Below the pieces are notes generated by a model. The model made no database searches. It worked only from the letters and a program-made list of their open reading frames with translations, and was not told the origin of the DNA. This document shows positions 29,030-38,774 of a stretch of DNA of 64,000 nt, in pieces. How positions within the stretch are numbered: the first letter of the stretch is position 1; the number at the start of each line of letters is the position of its first letter. This DNA is from an uncultured delta proteobacterium. GTDB lineage: Bacteria > Desulfobacterota > BSN033 > UBA1163. Both the position numbers and the translations under genes were made by a program. The stretch spans positions 192,001 through 256,000 of the forward strand of contig CAWHBU010000001.1 of NCBI GenBank assembly GCA_963827685.1, written 5' to 3'.

Positions 29030-29743
29030 ATGAAAGAGTTCACCGCTGAGGAATTGACATCTTTTGACGGAAAGGAGGGTAGACCCGTCTATATCGCCTT
29101 TCAAGGGAAAGTTTATGATGTCAGGGAAAGCCCTCTCTGGGCCAAAGGCCTTCACATGAACAGGCATCCCTCGGGTAAGGACCTTGCGGGAGAGATCTCC
29201 GCGGCTCCTCATGGAACAGAGGTCCTTGAACGATATCCCCAGGTGGGGGTTTTGAAAAAAGGAGCACCCGAAGAATTGAAACACCTTCCTTCTATGCTTC
29301 AGAACCTCCTTCAAAAATTTCCAATGGCAAAACGCCATCCTCACCCCATGGTCGTCCATTTTCCTATCGCCCTCTTAATGGCCTCCCCCCTCTTTGTCCT
29401 TCTCTCCCTTATCTTCAAGAATCCTTCCTTTGAGATCACCAGCCTCTACCTCCTCATTCTTGGAGCAATCGGCTCTCCCTTTGCCATGGCCACAGGACTC
29501 CTTACATGGTGGATCAATTATCGATTGAAGCTCACCTATTTTGTAAAAAGAAAGATCCAGCTTTCTATCCTTCTTCTGATTTTCGAGATCATTCTCCTCC
29601 TCTGGCGTGGTTTTCAATCCCAGATATCTCATCCCATCTATTTCATCTTGATCGTTATCCTCGCCCCCATCGTTTCCCTCTTGGGTTACTACGGAGGACA
29701 GATGACCTTTCCCATGGAGAAATCAAACGCGGTGACGGAGTGA
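29030..29743 (+). CDS. Cytochrome b5-like domain fused to a DUF2231-like membrane domain
   Basis: FT.EEL..FDG.EGRP.YIA..GKVYDV, H..GKDL, APHG; HPHPMVVHFPIA. Confidence 0.88.
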   Translation: MKEFTAEELTSFDGKEGRPVYIAFQGKVYDVRESPLWAKGLHMNRHPSGKDLAGEISAAPHGTEVLERYPQVGVLKKGAPEELKHLPSMLQNLLQKFPMAKRHPHPMVVHFPIALLMASPLFVLLSLIFKNPSFEITSLYLLILGAIGSPFAMATGLLTWWINYRLKLTYFVKRKIQLSILLLIFEIILLLWRGFQSQISHPIYFILIVILAPIVSLLGYYGGQMTFPMEKSNAVTE

Positions 29744-29758
29744 TTGCGTGACGCGGGG

Positions 29759-31036
29759 TTATTCTCTCTGTCTCCGTTTCTCCGGGTCTCCGCGTCTTTC
29801 TTTTTTGGAGAAGGCGTAAAAGATGAGGCTTGCGGTCATACCCAAAAAGCAGATGAGGAAGGAAAGGTGATAAGCTTCAGCCGGATAAGAAGAGCCTGTC
29901 CGGGGGAAGGATTTAATGACTCCCCCTAATGCTGGCATGAAAAGGGCTGGGCCGCCCATCGTAAAAAAATTGACGCCCGCCATCACTGTACCCGAAATGG
30001 CGATGGGAAAGAGCTCTTTAGCATGGGCGTAGACCACCATCCCGAAACTGCAGAAAAAACCGATGAAGAAGAAGAGGAGACCAAACCAGAAAGGGGACTG
30101 AAGCTTCACGACTCCAATCAGGGGGAGTAGACTCAGACAATAAAGACTTAATCCCCCTAACGCGGCTCCTTTCCTGGAATGAAACGTCCGATCAGAGAGC
30201 CACCCCGCAATGGGGCCACCCACAATGATTCCAAAGGCAAGGAAGATGATCAGATTACCTGTTTGGATAGGAGAATATCCCTTGATGTCTATAAGATAAG
30301 GTCCCAACCATAAACCCTGAAGGCACACAAAAGTTCCGTATCTAAAAAAGGCAATGGCTCCGATCTGCCAGAAGGTAAGAGAACCAAGGATCAATCGGAA
30401 AGATTGTAGAATCCTTATCTTCGGTTGAGATGAGGGAGAAGAAGCAAGGCCCTCGATGTTTTTCCTCTCTCCGCCTAAAACCCAAAAGGTGAGAAAGGCA
30501 AGAAGAGCTGTCACCACACCGGCAATAACGAAAGTCATCCGCCATCCTATAGTGGAAGTGAGAAAAGCCAGAGGAGAGGCAGCAAAAACATTTCCCAATG
30601 CTCCAATGGCTTGCATGAGGCCTATGAGAGTGACAAACTCCTTAGGAGGAAATTTTATTACGAAGATCTTCATGGAGCCCATTAGGACAGAAGCCATTCC
30701 GACTCCAATGAGGATTCTTCCAAGAAGCGCTACAGGAAATGAATTCCCAAAGGCAAACACAAATGCTCCCAATGCCCCAATCATTGAAAAAGAAGTTATC
30801 ACGATGCGTGGACCAATTCGATCAAGCATCGGCCCCATCGGGATTTGAAACAGGGCAAAGGAGTAGAAGAAGGCCCCTCCGAGAATGCCGAGGGTTTCTG
30901 CATCAAGCCCCAGGTCATGCATGAGATTGGGAGCGATCACGGCACTTGAAACACGATAAAACATGGAAAGGGTAAAGAGGGCTGAGAGAATAGAAAAAAT
31001 GAAGAAGCGTTTGGAAGATTGGGATATCTCTGTCAT
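29759..31036 (-). CDS. MFS transporter
   Basis: GPMLDRIGPR motif A; about 12 TM segments. Confidence 0.9.
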   Translation of the reverse strand: MTEISQSSKRFFIFSILSALFTLSMFYRVSSAVIAPNLMHDLGLDAETLGILGGAFFYSFALFQIPMGPMLDRIGPRIVITSFSMIGALGAFVFAFGNSFPVALLGRILIGVGMASVLMGSMKIFVIKFPPKEFVTLIGLMQAIGALGNVFAASPLAFLTSTIGWRMTFVIAGVVTALLAFLTFWVLGGERKNIEGLASSPSSQPKIRILQSFRLILGSLTFWQIGAIAFFRYGTFVCLQGLWLGPYLIDIKGYSPIQTGNLIIFLAFGIIVGGPIAGWLSDRTFHSRKGAALGGLSLYCLSLLPLIGVVKLQSPFWFGLLFFFIGFFCSFGMVVYAHAKELFPIAISGTVMAGVNFFTMGGPALFMPALGGVIKSFPRTGSSYPAEAYHLSFLICFLGMTASLIFYAFSKKERRGDPEKRRQRE

Positions 31037-31167
31037 TTTACATCTCTGTATTTAGAATAATCCCCCCTTTCTTTAAAGATGGTAAGGATAAGTTTTACTT
31101 GAAATAGACCAAAGATATCCCGCTGACACGGGATCTTTGGATAAGGGTTGAAGTCGGGAGTATGATG

Positions 31168-31326
31168 CTAAACCTTTTCAAACATATCTTTGGGAGCGCC
31201 GCACACAGGACAAACCCAACTTTCAGGGAGTTTATTAAAAGGTGTGTTCGGGGGGATATTCCCGTCAGGATCGCCCTTTTCGGGATCGTAAATATAACCG
31301 CAGACATTACATTTCCATTTTTCCAT
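31168..31326 (-). CDS. Rubredoxin (52 aa, absent from ORF track)
   Basis: [20 protein letters not shown]...[20 protein letters not shown]. Confidence 0.95.
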   Translation of the reverse strand: MEKWKCNVCGYIYDPEKGDPDGNIPPNTPFNKLPESWVCPVCGAPKDMFEKV

Positions 31327-31350
31327 CTCGATCTCCTATCCGAATTCAAA

Positions 31351-31392
31351 TTCACCCCCTTCCCCTCCTCCCTCTTGAGGGAGAGGGGGGGC
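31351..31392. repeat. REP-like palindrome
   Basis: CCCCCTTCCCCTCCTCCCTC-TT-GAGGGAGAGGGGGG. Confidence 0.55.
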
Positions 31393-31401
31393 GCTTTGCG
31401 A

Positions 31402-31848
31402 CTATTTCAATACTTCATCATCGTAGAGTTTTTCAATGTAATACTTGTGCTTGCTCTCCTCCTGAATCAGAAAGGTGAAGAGATTTCCAAGATTTTCATC
31501 TTGGTTCTTCCCATTCAAATCCGTATAAAGTTTTACCGAACGTTCTTCTCTCTTCATTGCCATTCGGAGAATGTCTCCGTAAGGAATATCGGGCTTTAAT
31601 TCGGCTTCAACCATATAATCACTGATCTTCAGATTCGGAATTTTCTCGATCTTTCCCAATATGATTTTTCCTGCTCGCACCTCTTCGAGCTTTCTTTTGT
31701 GCCCCTCTTCCTGCTTCATAAAGTCCAAAAAAAGATCCTTGGTCCCAGAGTGTTTTACCATTTTGCTTGCTTTGTCATAAAAATCCATCGATTCGATCTC
31801 TCTTTGAATGGCAAATTGGATAATCTCCTTAAATTTCTTCTCGTCCAT
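31402..31848 (-). CDS. Ferritin-like (rubrerythrin diiron domain) protein
   Basis: AIQRE..QEEGH and AMKRE..EESKH. Confidence 0.9.
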   Translation of the reverse strand: MDEKKFKEIIQFAIQREIESMDFYDKASKMVKHSGTKDLFLDFMKQEEGHKRKLEEVRAGKIILGKIEKIPNLKISDYMVEAELKPDIPYGDILRMAMKREERSVKLYTDLNGKNQDENLGNLFTFLIQEESKHKYYIEKLYDDEVLK

Positions 31849-32023
31849 AACGGCTCCTTTCTATCAATGGCCTTTTCCTAATTCGTCCATATTTTTGAAA
31901 TATTTACCATTCTATGGGATAGTTTTTTTAGGGTCAAGATAAAAGTGATTTTTAGATCGGTGATGAGTGATAGGGTGATTGGGTGAATGTAAGATTCTCC
32001 GTATCCCCCATCTCCCTATCGCC

Positions 32024-34126
32024 CTATCTATCTCTTCTGAGCAGGCGCATGGAGCTGAGGATGACAAGGAGTGAACTGGCTTGGTGCATCACAGCGCCCA
32101 GGATCATGGTCACCCATCCCTGGGCTGAGAGAATGACCATGATTGTATTAAAAACGAGTGCAAAGATGAGGTTTTCCTTGATCACCCGGAGGGCTTTCCG
32201 AGAGAGTCGAACGACAGTGGAAATCTTCCCGAGATCATCGGCCATCAGGGCGATGTCGGCTGTCTCAATGGCCACATCCGTTCCCACCGCTCCCATGGCG
32301 ATACCGATGTCGGCTGCGGCGAGGGCGGGGGCATCATTCACACCGTCACCGACCATAGCCACCACTTGACCTTGCTTCTTCCACTCCTTCACCCTCAGCA
32401 CCTTCTCTTCGGGAAGAAGTTTCGCTTCGTACCTTATACCCAACTCTCTTCCAATGCGGTCGGCGACCAAAACACTGTCGCCCGTAAGCATCCAAATTTC
32501 GGATACCCCTTGCTCCCTGATCTTATCGATAGCCTCCTTGGCTCCTTCCCGCAATGTATCGGCAATGGAAATGATTCCCAGAAGACGGCGATCCAATGCG
32601 ATGAGGAGGGAGGTCATCCCTTCCGATTGCTTTGACACCAACAACCCCTTCGCCGATCCCGGAATTTCAACCCCTTCGTTTTTCATCATTTCAGAACTCC
32701 CCACGATAATGGTCTTGGAGTTCCACTGAACCTTCACGCCTTTCCCTCTAAAATTTTCGAAGGACTGGGGATGAGGAATGCTCAAACCTAACTCTTCTGC
32801 TTTCTCCGTGACGGCTCTCGCTAAGGGGTGTTCAGAACGTTTCTCTGCAATCGCCGCCCAAGAAAGGACTTCTTTTTGATCCATTCCATTTAAAGCATTT
32901 ATCTCTACAACTTTTGGTCTTCCGTGTGTCAAGGTTCCGGTTTTATCCATCAAGAGGGTTTCCAATCTTCCCATCTGTTCCAGATAGACTCCTCCTTTGA
33001 TCAAGATCCCCTGCCGGGCTGCATTTCCAATGGCAGCCACCACGGCTGTGGGTGTACCCAGAACGAGTGCACACGGACAGGCCACAATGAGGATGGTGAT
33101 CGCCCGAATGATCTCCCCTGTGATCAGGAACGTGGCGAAGGCAATCAGGATGATCGCTGGGATAAAATACCGTGAGAAGCGATCCATAATCCTTTGGGTA
33201 GGAGATTTCTCTGCTTGGGCTTCTAAGATCAAACGTTTGATCTGGGCCAACTTTGTATCCTCGGCCACCTGTGTGGCTTCGATTTCGCAAGAGCCGGATT
33301 CATTGAAGGTTCCGCAGTAAACCTTATCCCCGGCCTCTTTTTCCACTGGAATCGACTCTCCGGTTAGAGTGGACTGATTGATCGAGCCACAACCAGAGAC
33401 AATTTTGCCATCCACGGGGATTCTCTCCCCGGGTCTGACAATCACAACCTCTTTGGGCTTCACGTCCTCAATGGGAACCTGAATTTCTTTATTCTCTCTT
33501 TTCACCCACGCCGTTTTCGGAGAAAGCTGAATCAAGGAAGCAATGGCCTTCCGAGTTTTTCCCACAGTAACCCCTTCCAAGAATTCACCCAGAAGCATAA
33601 TGAAAATCACTGTCGCGGCTTCCCGATAAGCCCCTACCGCAGTGGCTGAAATAGCAGCAATGGAGACCAGGGTATCCACATTGAGATCGGGGATAAGGAG
33701 CGTCTTCACGGCACTCTTCACAATCGGGTAGCTGCCAAGAATCAAGGAAGCGATGGCAAGGGCAGTCGGGAGGTAGGAGGGGCTCAAACCGATCCACACG
33801 AAAATCCAAGAGAGGCCGAGAGTAACTCCTGAGAGACCCAGGAAAACAAAGGATCTCCTCTCCTTCCAGAAAGTCCAAGTTCTCTCTGCGAAGGTCTCCC
33901 TGACCGCATAACCAGGTTTGGTAATTGCTTTTTTGATCCGCTCTTCTTCTACCCGATGGGGGTCGTAGTAGATGGTGGCTGATGAGAGAACATAACTGAC
34001 CTCTGCTGAGAGGACTCCGGGGACATGTTCCACCGAGCGTTCGATATTCAGGGCGCAATCACCGCAGTGGATGTTCTCAATGTTGACGACGATCTTCGAC
34101 TTGCCTTCGAACTTCTTTTCTTCCAT
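32024..34126 (-). CDS. Heavy-metal P1B-type ATPase with N-terminal HMA domain
   Basis: HCGDC, TGES, CPC, DKTGT, SEHP, GDGVNDAP. Confidence 0.95.
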   Translation of the reverse strand: MEEKKFEGKSKIVVNIENIHCGDCALNIERSVEHVPGVLSAEVSYVLSSATIYYDPHRVEEERIKKAITKPGYAVRETFAERTWTFWKERRSFVFLGLSGVTLGLSWIFVWIGLSPSYLPTALAIASLILGSYPIVKSAVKTLLIPDLNVDTLVSIAAISATAVGAYREAATVIFIMLLGEFLEGVTVGKTRKAIASLIQLSPKTAWVKRENKEIQVPIEDVKPKEVVIVRPGERIPVDGKIVSGCGSINQSTLTGESIPVEKEAGDKVYCGTFNESGSCEIEATQVAEDTKLAQIKRLILEAQAEKSPTQRIMDRFSRYFIPAIILIAFATFLITGEIIRAITILIVACPCALVLGTPTAVVAAIGNAARQGILIKGGVYLEQMGRLETLLMDKTGTLTHGRPKVVEINALNGMDQKEVLSWAAIAEKRSEHPLARAVTEKAEELGLSIPHPQSFENFRGKGVKVQWNSKTIIVGSSEMMKNEGVEIPGSAKGLLVSKQSEGMTSLLIALDRRLLGIISIADTLREGAKEAIDKIREQGVSEIWMLTGDSVLVADRIGRELGIRYEAKLLPEEKVLRVKEWKKQGQVVAMVGDGVNDAPALAAADIGIAMGAVGTDVAIETADIALMADDLGKISTVVRLSRKALRVIKENLIFALVFNTIMVILSAQGWVTMILGAVMHQASSLLVILSSMRLLRRDR

Positions 34127-34181
34127 CTTTCTTGGTTTCAGATTCTGAGTCTTTCAATCTGCCATCTGCTTTCTGTAATTT

Positions 34182-34808
34182 TCAGTCTCCCCAACTCCAT
34201 AAACCCGTGTTGTGAAGACTATAATACTGGTCATTGAGCAACTTCTCATGGAGAGCCTCTTCATTGGCCAATCTTTTGTACATATCCCTTCCGCGGGGGT
34301 CCTGGGTCAACTCAGCCATGGATCGATAGTAGGCCTGCGCTTTCTTCTCTTCTCGAACGGCTATTTTCAAGGCATCCATATCCGTCAACTGCTCTTGACC
34401 TTTGGGTTTCTCCGTCTTTAAGGAGAGGGCCTTCTTTTTGAGAGACGTCCCTTCGTAGAGAATCCACTCTCCTTTCTCCTGAAGTGATTTGAGGAGGTCT
34501 TTCAATTTCTGGTAATGGTTCATCTCGAATTCGGAGAGTTGTTGAAGCATATCCCTGCCTTTTGGATTTTTCGTCTTCTTCGCTGCCTTCGAATAGGCCT
34601 GGTAAGCATTCATTTCTGCCTCCATGGCTACCTTGACAGCCTTGATATCCTCTCTCTTTGTCCACGGAACTTCCTTCCCACATTTTTTGCATGGGAGTTT
34701 CTTCTCCCTTTGGATGACATCAGCCACACTCTCAAAGCCCTCAAGCGTGATATCTGCCTCAGCACCGCATTGCTGGCAAGTCAAGGTTTCTTTTTTGCCA
34801 CTCCCCAT
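34182..34808 (-). CDS. Ferritin-like protein with N-terminal CxxC...CxxC module
   Basis: CQQC, CKKC; FEMNH, EEALH. Confidence 0.85.
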   Translation of the reverse strand: MGSGKKETLTCQQCGAEADITLEGFESVADVIQREKKLPCKKCGKEVPWTKREDIKAVKVAMEAEMNAYQAYSKAAKKTKNPKGRDMLQQLSEFEMNHYQKLKDLLKSLQEKGEWILYEGTSLKKKALSLKTEKPKGQEQLTDMDALKIAVREEKKAQAYYRSMAELTQDPRGRDMYKRLANEEALHEKLLNDQYYSLHNTGLWSWGD

Positions 34809-34832
34809 TCTTGTCTCCTTTCCTATCCAGGG

Positions 34833-35354
34833 TTATTTGGCTAACGCCTCGATCATCTCCCTGCAGAAGGCGGGCAGATCATCGGGTTTCCTCGAGGTGA
34901 TCAGGTTTCCGTCTCTGACGACCTCCTGATCCACATAATTTGCTCCAGCGTTGACCAAGTCATCTTTGATTGCGAAAAAACCCGTCACTTTCTTTCCCTT
35001 CAAAATCCCAGCAGAGACGAGCATCCAACCCGCGTGACAGATGGCGGCAATCACCTCTCCCTTCTGATGGGCCTCTCTGACAATCCTTACCATCTCTGGA
35101 TAACGTCTCATCAGATCTGGTGCATAACCTCCCGGGATGACGATACCGTCGTACTTAGACATATCGATCTCTTTCGCCCCTTTATTCACTTCCACAGGAT
35201 ATCCATGCTTGCTGGTATAGGTTTTACTGCTTCCTGTTCCCACGATCGTGACCTCTGCCCCTTCCTCCTTCAATCGAAAGTAAGGAACCCATAGTTCCAT
35301 ATCTTCATAGTTATTCTCTGCGAGGAGAACTACTTTCTTCCCTTTGAGCCGCAT
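34833..35354 (-). CDS. PfpI/DJ-1 family protein
   Basis: YEDMEL, IPGG, AICHAG, TSRKPDDLPAF. Confidence 0.93.
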   Translation of the reverse strand: MRLKGKKVVLLAENNYEDMELWVPYFRLKEEGAEVTIVGTGSSKTYTSKHGYPVEVNKGAKEIDMSKYDGIVIPGGYAPDLMRRYPEMVRIVREAHQKGEVIAAICHAGWMLVSAGILKGKKVTGFFAIKDDLVNAGANYVDQEVVRDGNLITSRKPDDLPAFCREMIEALAK

Positions 35355-35412
35355 GAAATTTCTCCCTTCTAGTTATTCCATATTGGATCGATCCCTCCAA
35401 CCTTCGATGAGA

Positions 35413-35598
35413 TTACTCATTCATAGGTTTATCCTTTTTGCCTACAAGCCGCGGGTCAATATTACCCGTTCCTCCGCAATCCGGAATATAGCAGGTCACA
35501 TCACTGAAGGTACAGGCTTGCTTGCAGGAAGGACATCGCTCGGGCACGGTATCGCTTCCAAACGTGTAATCACAATTTGAACATTTCCATTGAGTCAT
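35413..35598 (-). CDS. Small rubredoxin-like protein
   Basis: WKCSNC...PERCPSC, DVTCYIPDCG; RBS GAGGAGG. Confidence 0.85.
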   Translation of the reverse strand: MTQWKCSNCDYTFGSDTVPERCPSCKQACTFSDVTCYIPDCGGTGNIDPRLVGKKDKPMNE

Positions 35599-35617
35599 TA
35601 TTTTCACCTCCTCGTTC

Positions 35618-36037
35618 TTAAAGAAAAAATGTAAGAAAAATCACACCCAGGACGATTTGAATCAGAACAAAGAAGAAAGTACTGTAATTGATGACCATAT
35701 GAATCAGGGCAAGGCGATCTGTTCCCTTTCCCTTAGAAAGCTTCCATCCCAGGACGACCCCGATGGAGAAGAGAAGGAGGATGAGAATCGCCATATAGGC
35801 GTGGACGCCAGAAGTAAAAATTTCCCCCTTCAGATAGAATAGAGCCCCGCCCCCGAATAAAAAGCCAATCCAGAGGAGGATATAAAATCTTTTTCCAAAT
35901 CGAATATGCCTCTGCCATGGGAAATCCGAAGCGGATCCACGGCCCTTTTTGAATTGGAATCGTTTCCAGCCCAAGTAACCCGTATAGGATCCTGAAAGGA
36001 CCGCCATTAGGATGATGATGGGGTGAACGAACGCCAT
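35618..36037 (-). CDS. 4-TM membrane protein with His pairs (DUF4079/cytochrome b-like)
   Basis: HP, RH..FG, GVH, IH in or near four TM helices. Confidence 0.7.
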   Translation of the reverse strand: MAFVHPIIILMAVLSGSYTGYLGWKRFQFKKGRGSASDFPWQRHIRFGKRFYILLWIGFLFGGGALFYLKGEIFTSGVHAYMAILILLLFSIGVVLGWKLSKGKGTDRLALIHMVINYSTFFFVLIQIVLGVIFLTFFL

Positions 36038-36038
36038 C

Positions 36039-36993
36039 TCACTTTCCTCCCTCAATTTCTGCATTCCAACTGACGACGGATTGCTCGGGTCTTCCTTCGA
36101 CCTGGTAGAGAAGGGTTGAATTCACCTTGTATCGTTTTCCTGTTTCTAATGAGATCGGGTACTCGAAGGTGACCCCTTTTTGAGGAGGCACCCCATTTTT
36201 CTTAAGGGTCGAAAAGCTCTCTTCCTTAGAAAAGATTGTCTTTCCATCGGTATCCTTCACCTGGGTATTGAGGACAATCCGATAATCTCCGTATTTTCCA
36301 GTGGGCATGTTATGACCCCCCCCCTCGGTTCGTGAGAGATATTTTGACCGATCCCTTTCCTGCCTCACCCGTGATCAGGGCTGCCTCTTTGAGAAGTTTC
36401 TCGTAACTCTGCGTATGTTGGCCGACCATCCTATTCGGCACAAACATAGAAATGGGAAAACCCTGTACCGCTTTCCGCTCCACTCTTGGCATATGGCATT
36501 CCTGACAGGTCTTTTTTGAACCGCTCGCTTGCCATTCCTGAAAGGTCGGCATGTGGCACCCTGCGCAGAATTCGGATTTGAGCATTGATTCATCCTGCTC
36601 GGATTTGTGCTTGGCAGTGAGCTTATAAGGGCCATAGATCATATTATTTTTGAGATGGCAGGTGGTGCAGTTGACCCCCTCCTCCTTGTGGACTGGCCTG
36701 GTCTTTAGATTCTTCTCATCGGCAATCTCTTGAGCCGCATGGCAACTGATACATTCTTCCGCCCCATAGTTCTTCGTTCCTTTTTTAAATGGATCATTGA
36801 CAAAAGCCCTGGAGTGGAAATCCTTTGACCACTCCGCGTAGATCAGTTTATGACATTCATTGCACTCTGAAGATTTCACGGTCTTGTCACCCATCTCAAG
36901 CAGGTAATCGTATTTAGCGGCCACCAAGAACAGCGAAACCAAAACCAATCCTAAAAAAATCCATTTTCTATTTCTCATCATTTTCCTCTCCAT
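36039..36993 (-). CDS. Pentaheme cytochrome c, split by a frameshift in a G9 tract (36316-36324)
   Basis: CNECH, CISCH, CTTCH, CAGCH, CQECH; removing one G gives TNRGGGHNMPTG and joins the two ORFs. Confidence 0.85.
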
Positions 36994-37005
36994 CTTATGT
37001 TGCTA

Positions 37006-37488
37006 TTAATCTTCGTAAAGATTGAGATCATAACCCAACTGAATCGCCTTCATATTCTCTTTGAGATAGGATTTGGGCAAGAGTTTTTCCAGCTCGACAT
37101 GAGAGATGTCGAGATCGATCAATCGAAACAGCCTGCCAAGAGCGATCATGTTGCCGAAGATCGCCTGACCGAACTTCTCAATTCCTATCATACCAAAAGG
37201 AACCTCTTCATCCGTGCAGAGTCCGGTATCGCAGATCGTCTTCTGGGCAATGAGTTGATCCCCTTTTCCGTGGAGACGGATGAGAATGTCTGCCTCATCG
37301 ATCATTGGATTTTCGATAGGCCTTTGATCATAAGTGAGGTAGGCACTGATCCGTGTATTGCGAATGGAGGAATCGTAGTCAAAGAGAAGAGCGACCTCAT
37401 AGCCCAACTCCTTCAACGCCATGGCAAGGACATGGGAAATGACCCTGACCGATTGCCCTCCCACTCCTGTAAAGACGATTCGCCTCAT
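37006..37488 (-). CDS. 2-oxoacid:ferredoxin oxidoreductase gamma subunit
   Basis: GVGGQSV, NMIALG, ENMKAIQLG. Confidence 0.88.
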   Translation of the reverse strand: MRRIVFTGVGGQSVRVISHVLAMALKELGYEVALLFDYDSSIRNTRISAYLTYDQRPIENPMIDEADILIRLHGKGDQLIAQKTICDTGLCTDEEVPFGMIGIEKFGQAIFGNMIALGRLFRLIDLDISHVELEKLLPKSYLKENMKAIQLGYDLNLYED

Positions 37489-37739
37489 AGAAGTTTCTCT
37501 AAAGAACCCCTCGCTTGCCTAACATATACTTCAAATTCCAATCACCAAATCCCAAATAAGCTCCAATTTTTCAATACTCAAATTTCAAAACTTTAATTTA
37601 TTAAACAAGAATTTTGGTTATTGAAATTTTGGTCATTATTTGGCTATTGGTGCTTGCCCCGCACCGTATTAGGTACAGGGCTTGGAATTTGGTGCTTCAT
37701 AACTCCTCAAGACGTTTTAAATAATCATTCAGCCTTTTC

Positions 37740-38774
37740 TTACTTCAACCTTCCCACCACAGGAAATTTAAAAACCATATCTTCTCCGTGGGGTGCGATA
37801 TCAATATCTTTTGTCAGATCCTTGCCTGCTATATGGCACCGCATCCTTTTCTCTCCTTGAAACAGAGGGCTTGCCGAAAGATCATAGACTTTTCCCTTAT
37901 AGGCAATGAAAATGGGTTTCCCCCCTGTGCCGTCGAAACGTTGGAGCTCCTCAAGGGTGAAGGGTTTTAGATCCTCCAACGGGATCTCAGGTTTTGCCTC
38001 CACCCTCTCGACCGGCTGGGGTATTTCCCCCAGCATTGCCTTGGCGATTCCCAATTCATCTTCTTGGAGATGGTCTCTTTCGCCTTCGACAATATGGAAT
38101 CTTTCATCGAACCATTTGAACATCTGATGAGCTGTTTTGAACCCCAGCCTTCTTCCGTTGAGCTCAATGCAGTCACTGATGATGTCCACAAAACTGAATC
38201 CTTTCCAGAGGAGGGCCTCACGAATACAGGTCTTGAAATGATTGAGGTGATAGGCCGTTGTCCGGGCATAAAAATAGGGAGCCTGTTGGGTGAGGAGGTG
38301 ACCCAACCGAAGGGGAAGATAAGGTTCTCCACGAGGCGAGGTAATAGTCTTCGTCCCTTTGGGCGTGGTCGGTCCAGCCTGGCCACCCGTCAATCCATAG
38401 ATTTCGTTATCGTTACAAAAGATAGTGATGTCAGGATTTCGGCGGGAGGTGTGGAGGAGGTGGTTTCCTCCAATACTTGCCAGATCGCCATCTCCGGAGA
38501 GGACAATGACATTGAGGTCCGGACGGACGGTCTTGATGGTCTCCGCCGAAGTCAGCACCCGGCCATGGGGAGTGTGAATCGCATCTAAGTTCATATATCC
38601 TGACATTCTTCCTGAACAACCGATTCCAGAGACGGCAACCGTATTTTTATCGTTCCAGCCGAGCTCTTTGATAGCCATGGCCGCATTTTTCAATACGGCA
38701 CCAATGCCGCAGCCAGGGCACCAGGTGTGAGGGAACCGCCTCATCTTTAGGAGTTCTTTATAAGAACGATCCAT
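37740..38774 (-). CDS. 2-oxoacid:ferredoxin oxidoreductase beta subunit fused to a C-terminal cytochrome b5-like domain
   Basis: WCPGCG, GIGCSG, GDGD..SIGGNH, YGLTGGQ; then FTLEEL..FDG...GKVYDL...HIAGKDLT...APHG. Confidence 0.9.
   Translation of the reverse strand: MDRSYKELLKMRRFPHTWCPGCGIGAVLKNAAMAIKELGWNDKNTVAVSGIGCSGRMSGYMNLDAIHTPHGRVLTSAETIKTVRPDLNVIVLSGDGDLASIGGNHLLHTSRRNPDITIFCNDNEIYGLTGGQAGPTTPKGTKTITSPRGEPYLPLRLGHLLTQQAPYFYARTTAYHLNHFKTCIREALLWKGFSFVDIISDCIELNGRRLGFKTAHQMFKWFDERFHIVEGERDHLQEDELGIAKAMLGEIPQPVERVEAKPEIPLEDLKPFTLEELQRFDGTGGKPIFIAYKGKVYDLSASPLFQGEKRMRCHIAGKDLTKDIDIAPHGEDMVFKFPVVGRLK

Noticed and set aside
31095-31599. ORF-track calls 31095..31355, 31162..31599 and 31242..31478
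   Set aside because: The real gene is the 52-aa rubredoxin at 31168..31326 in another frame
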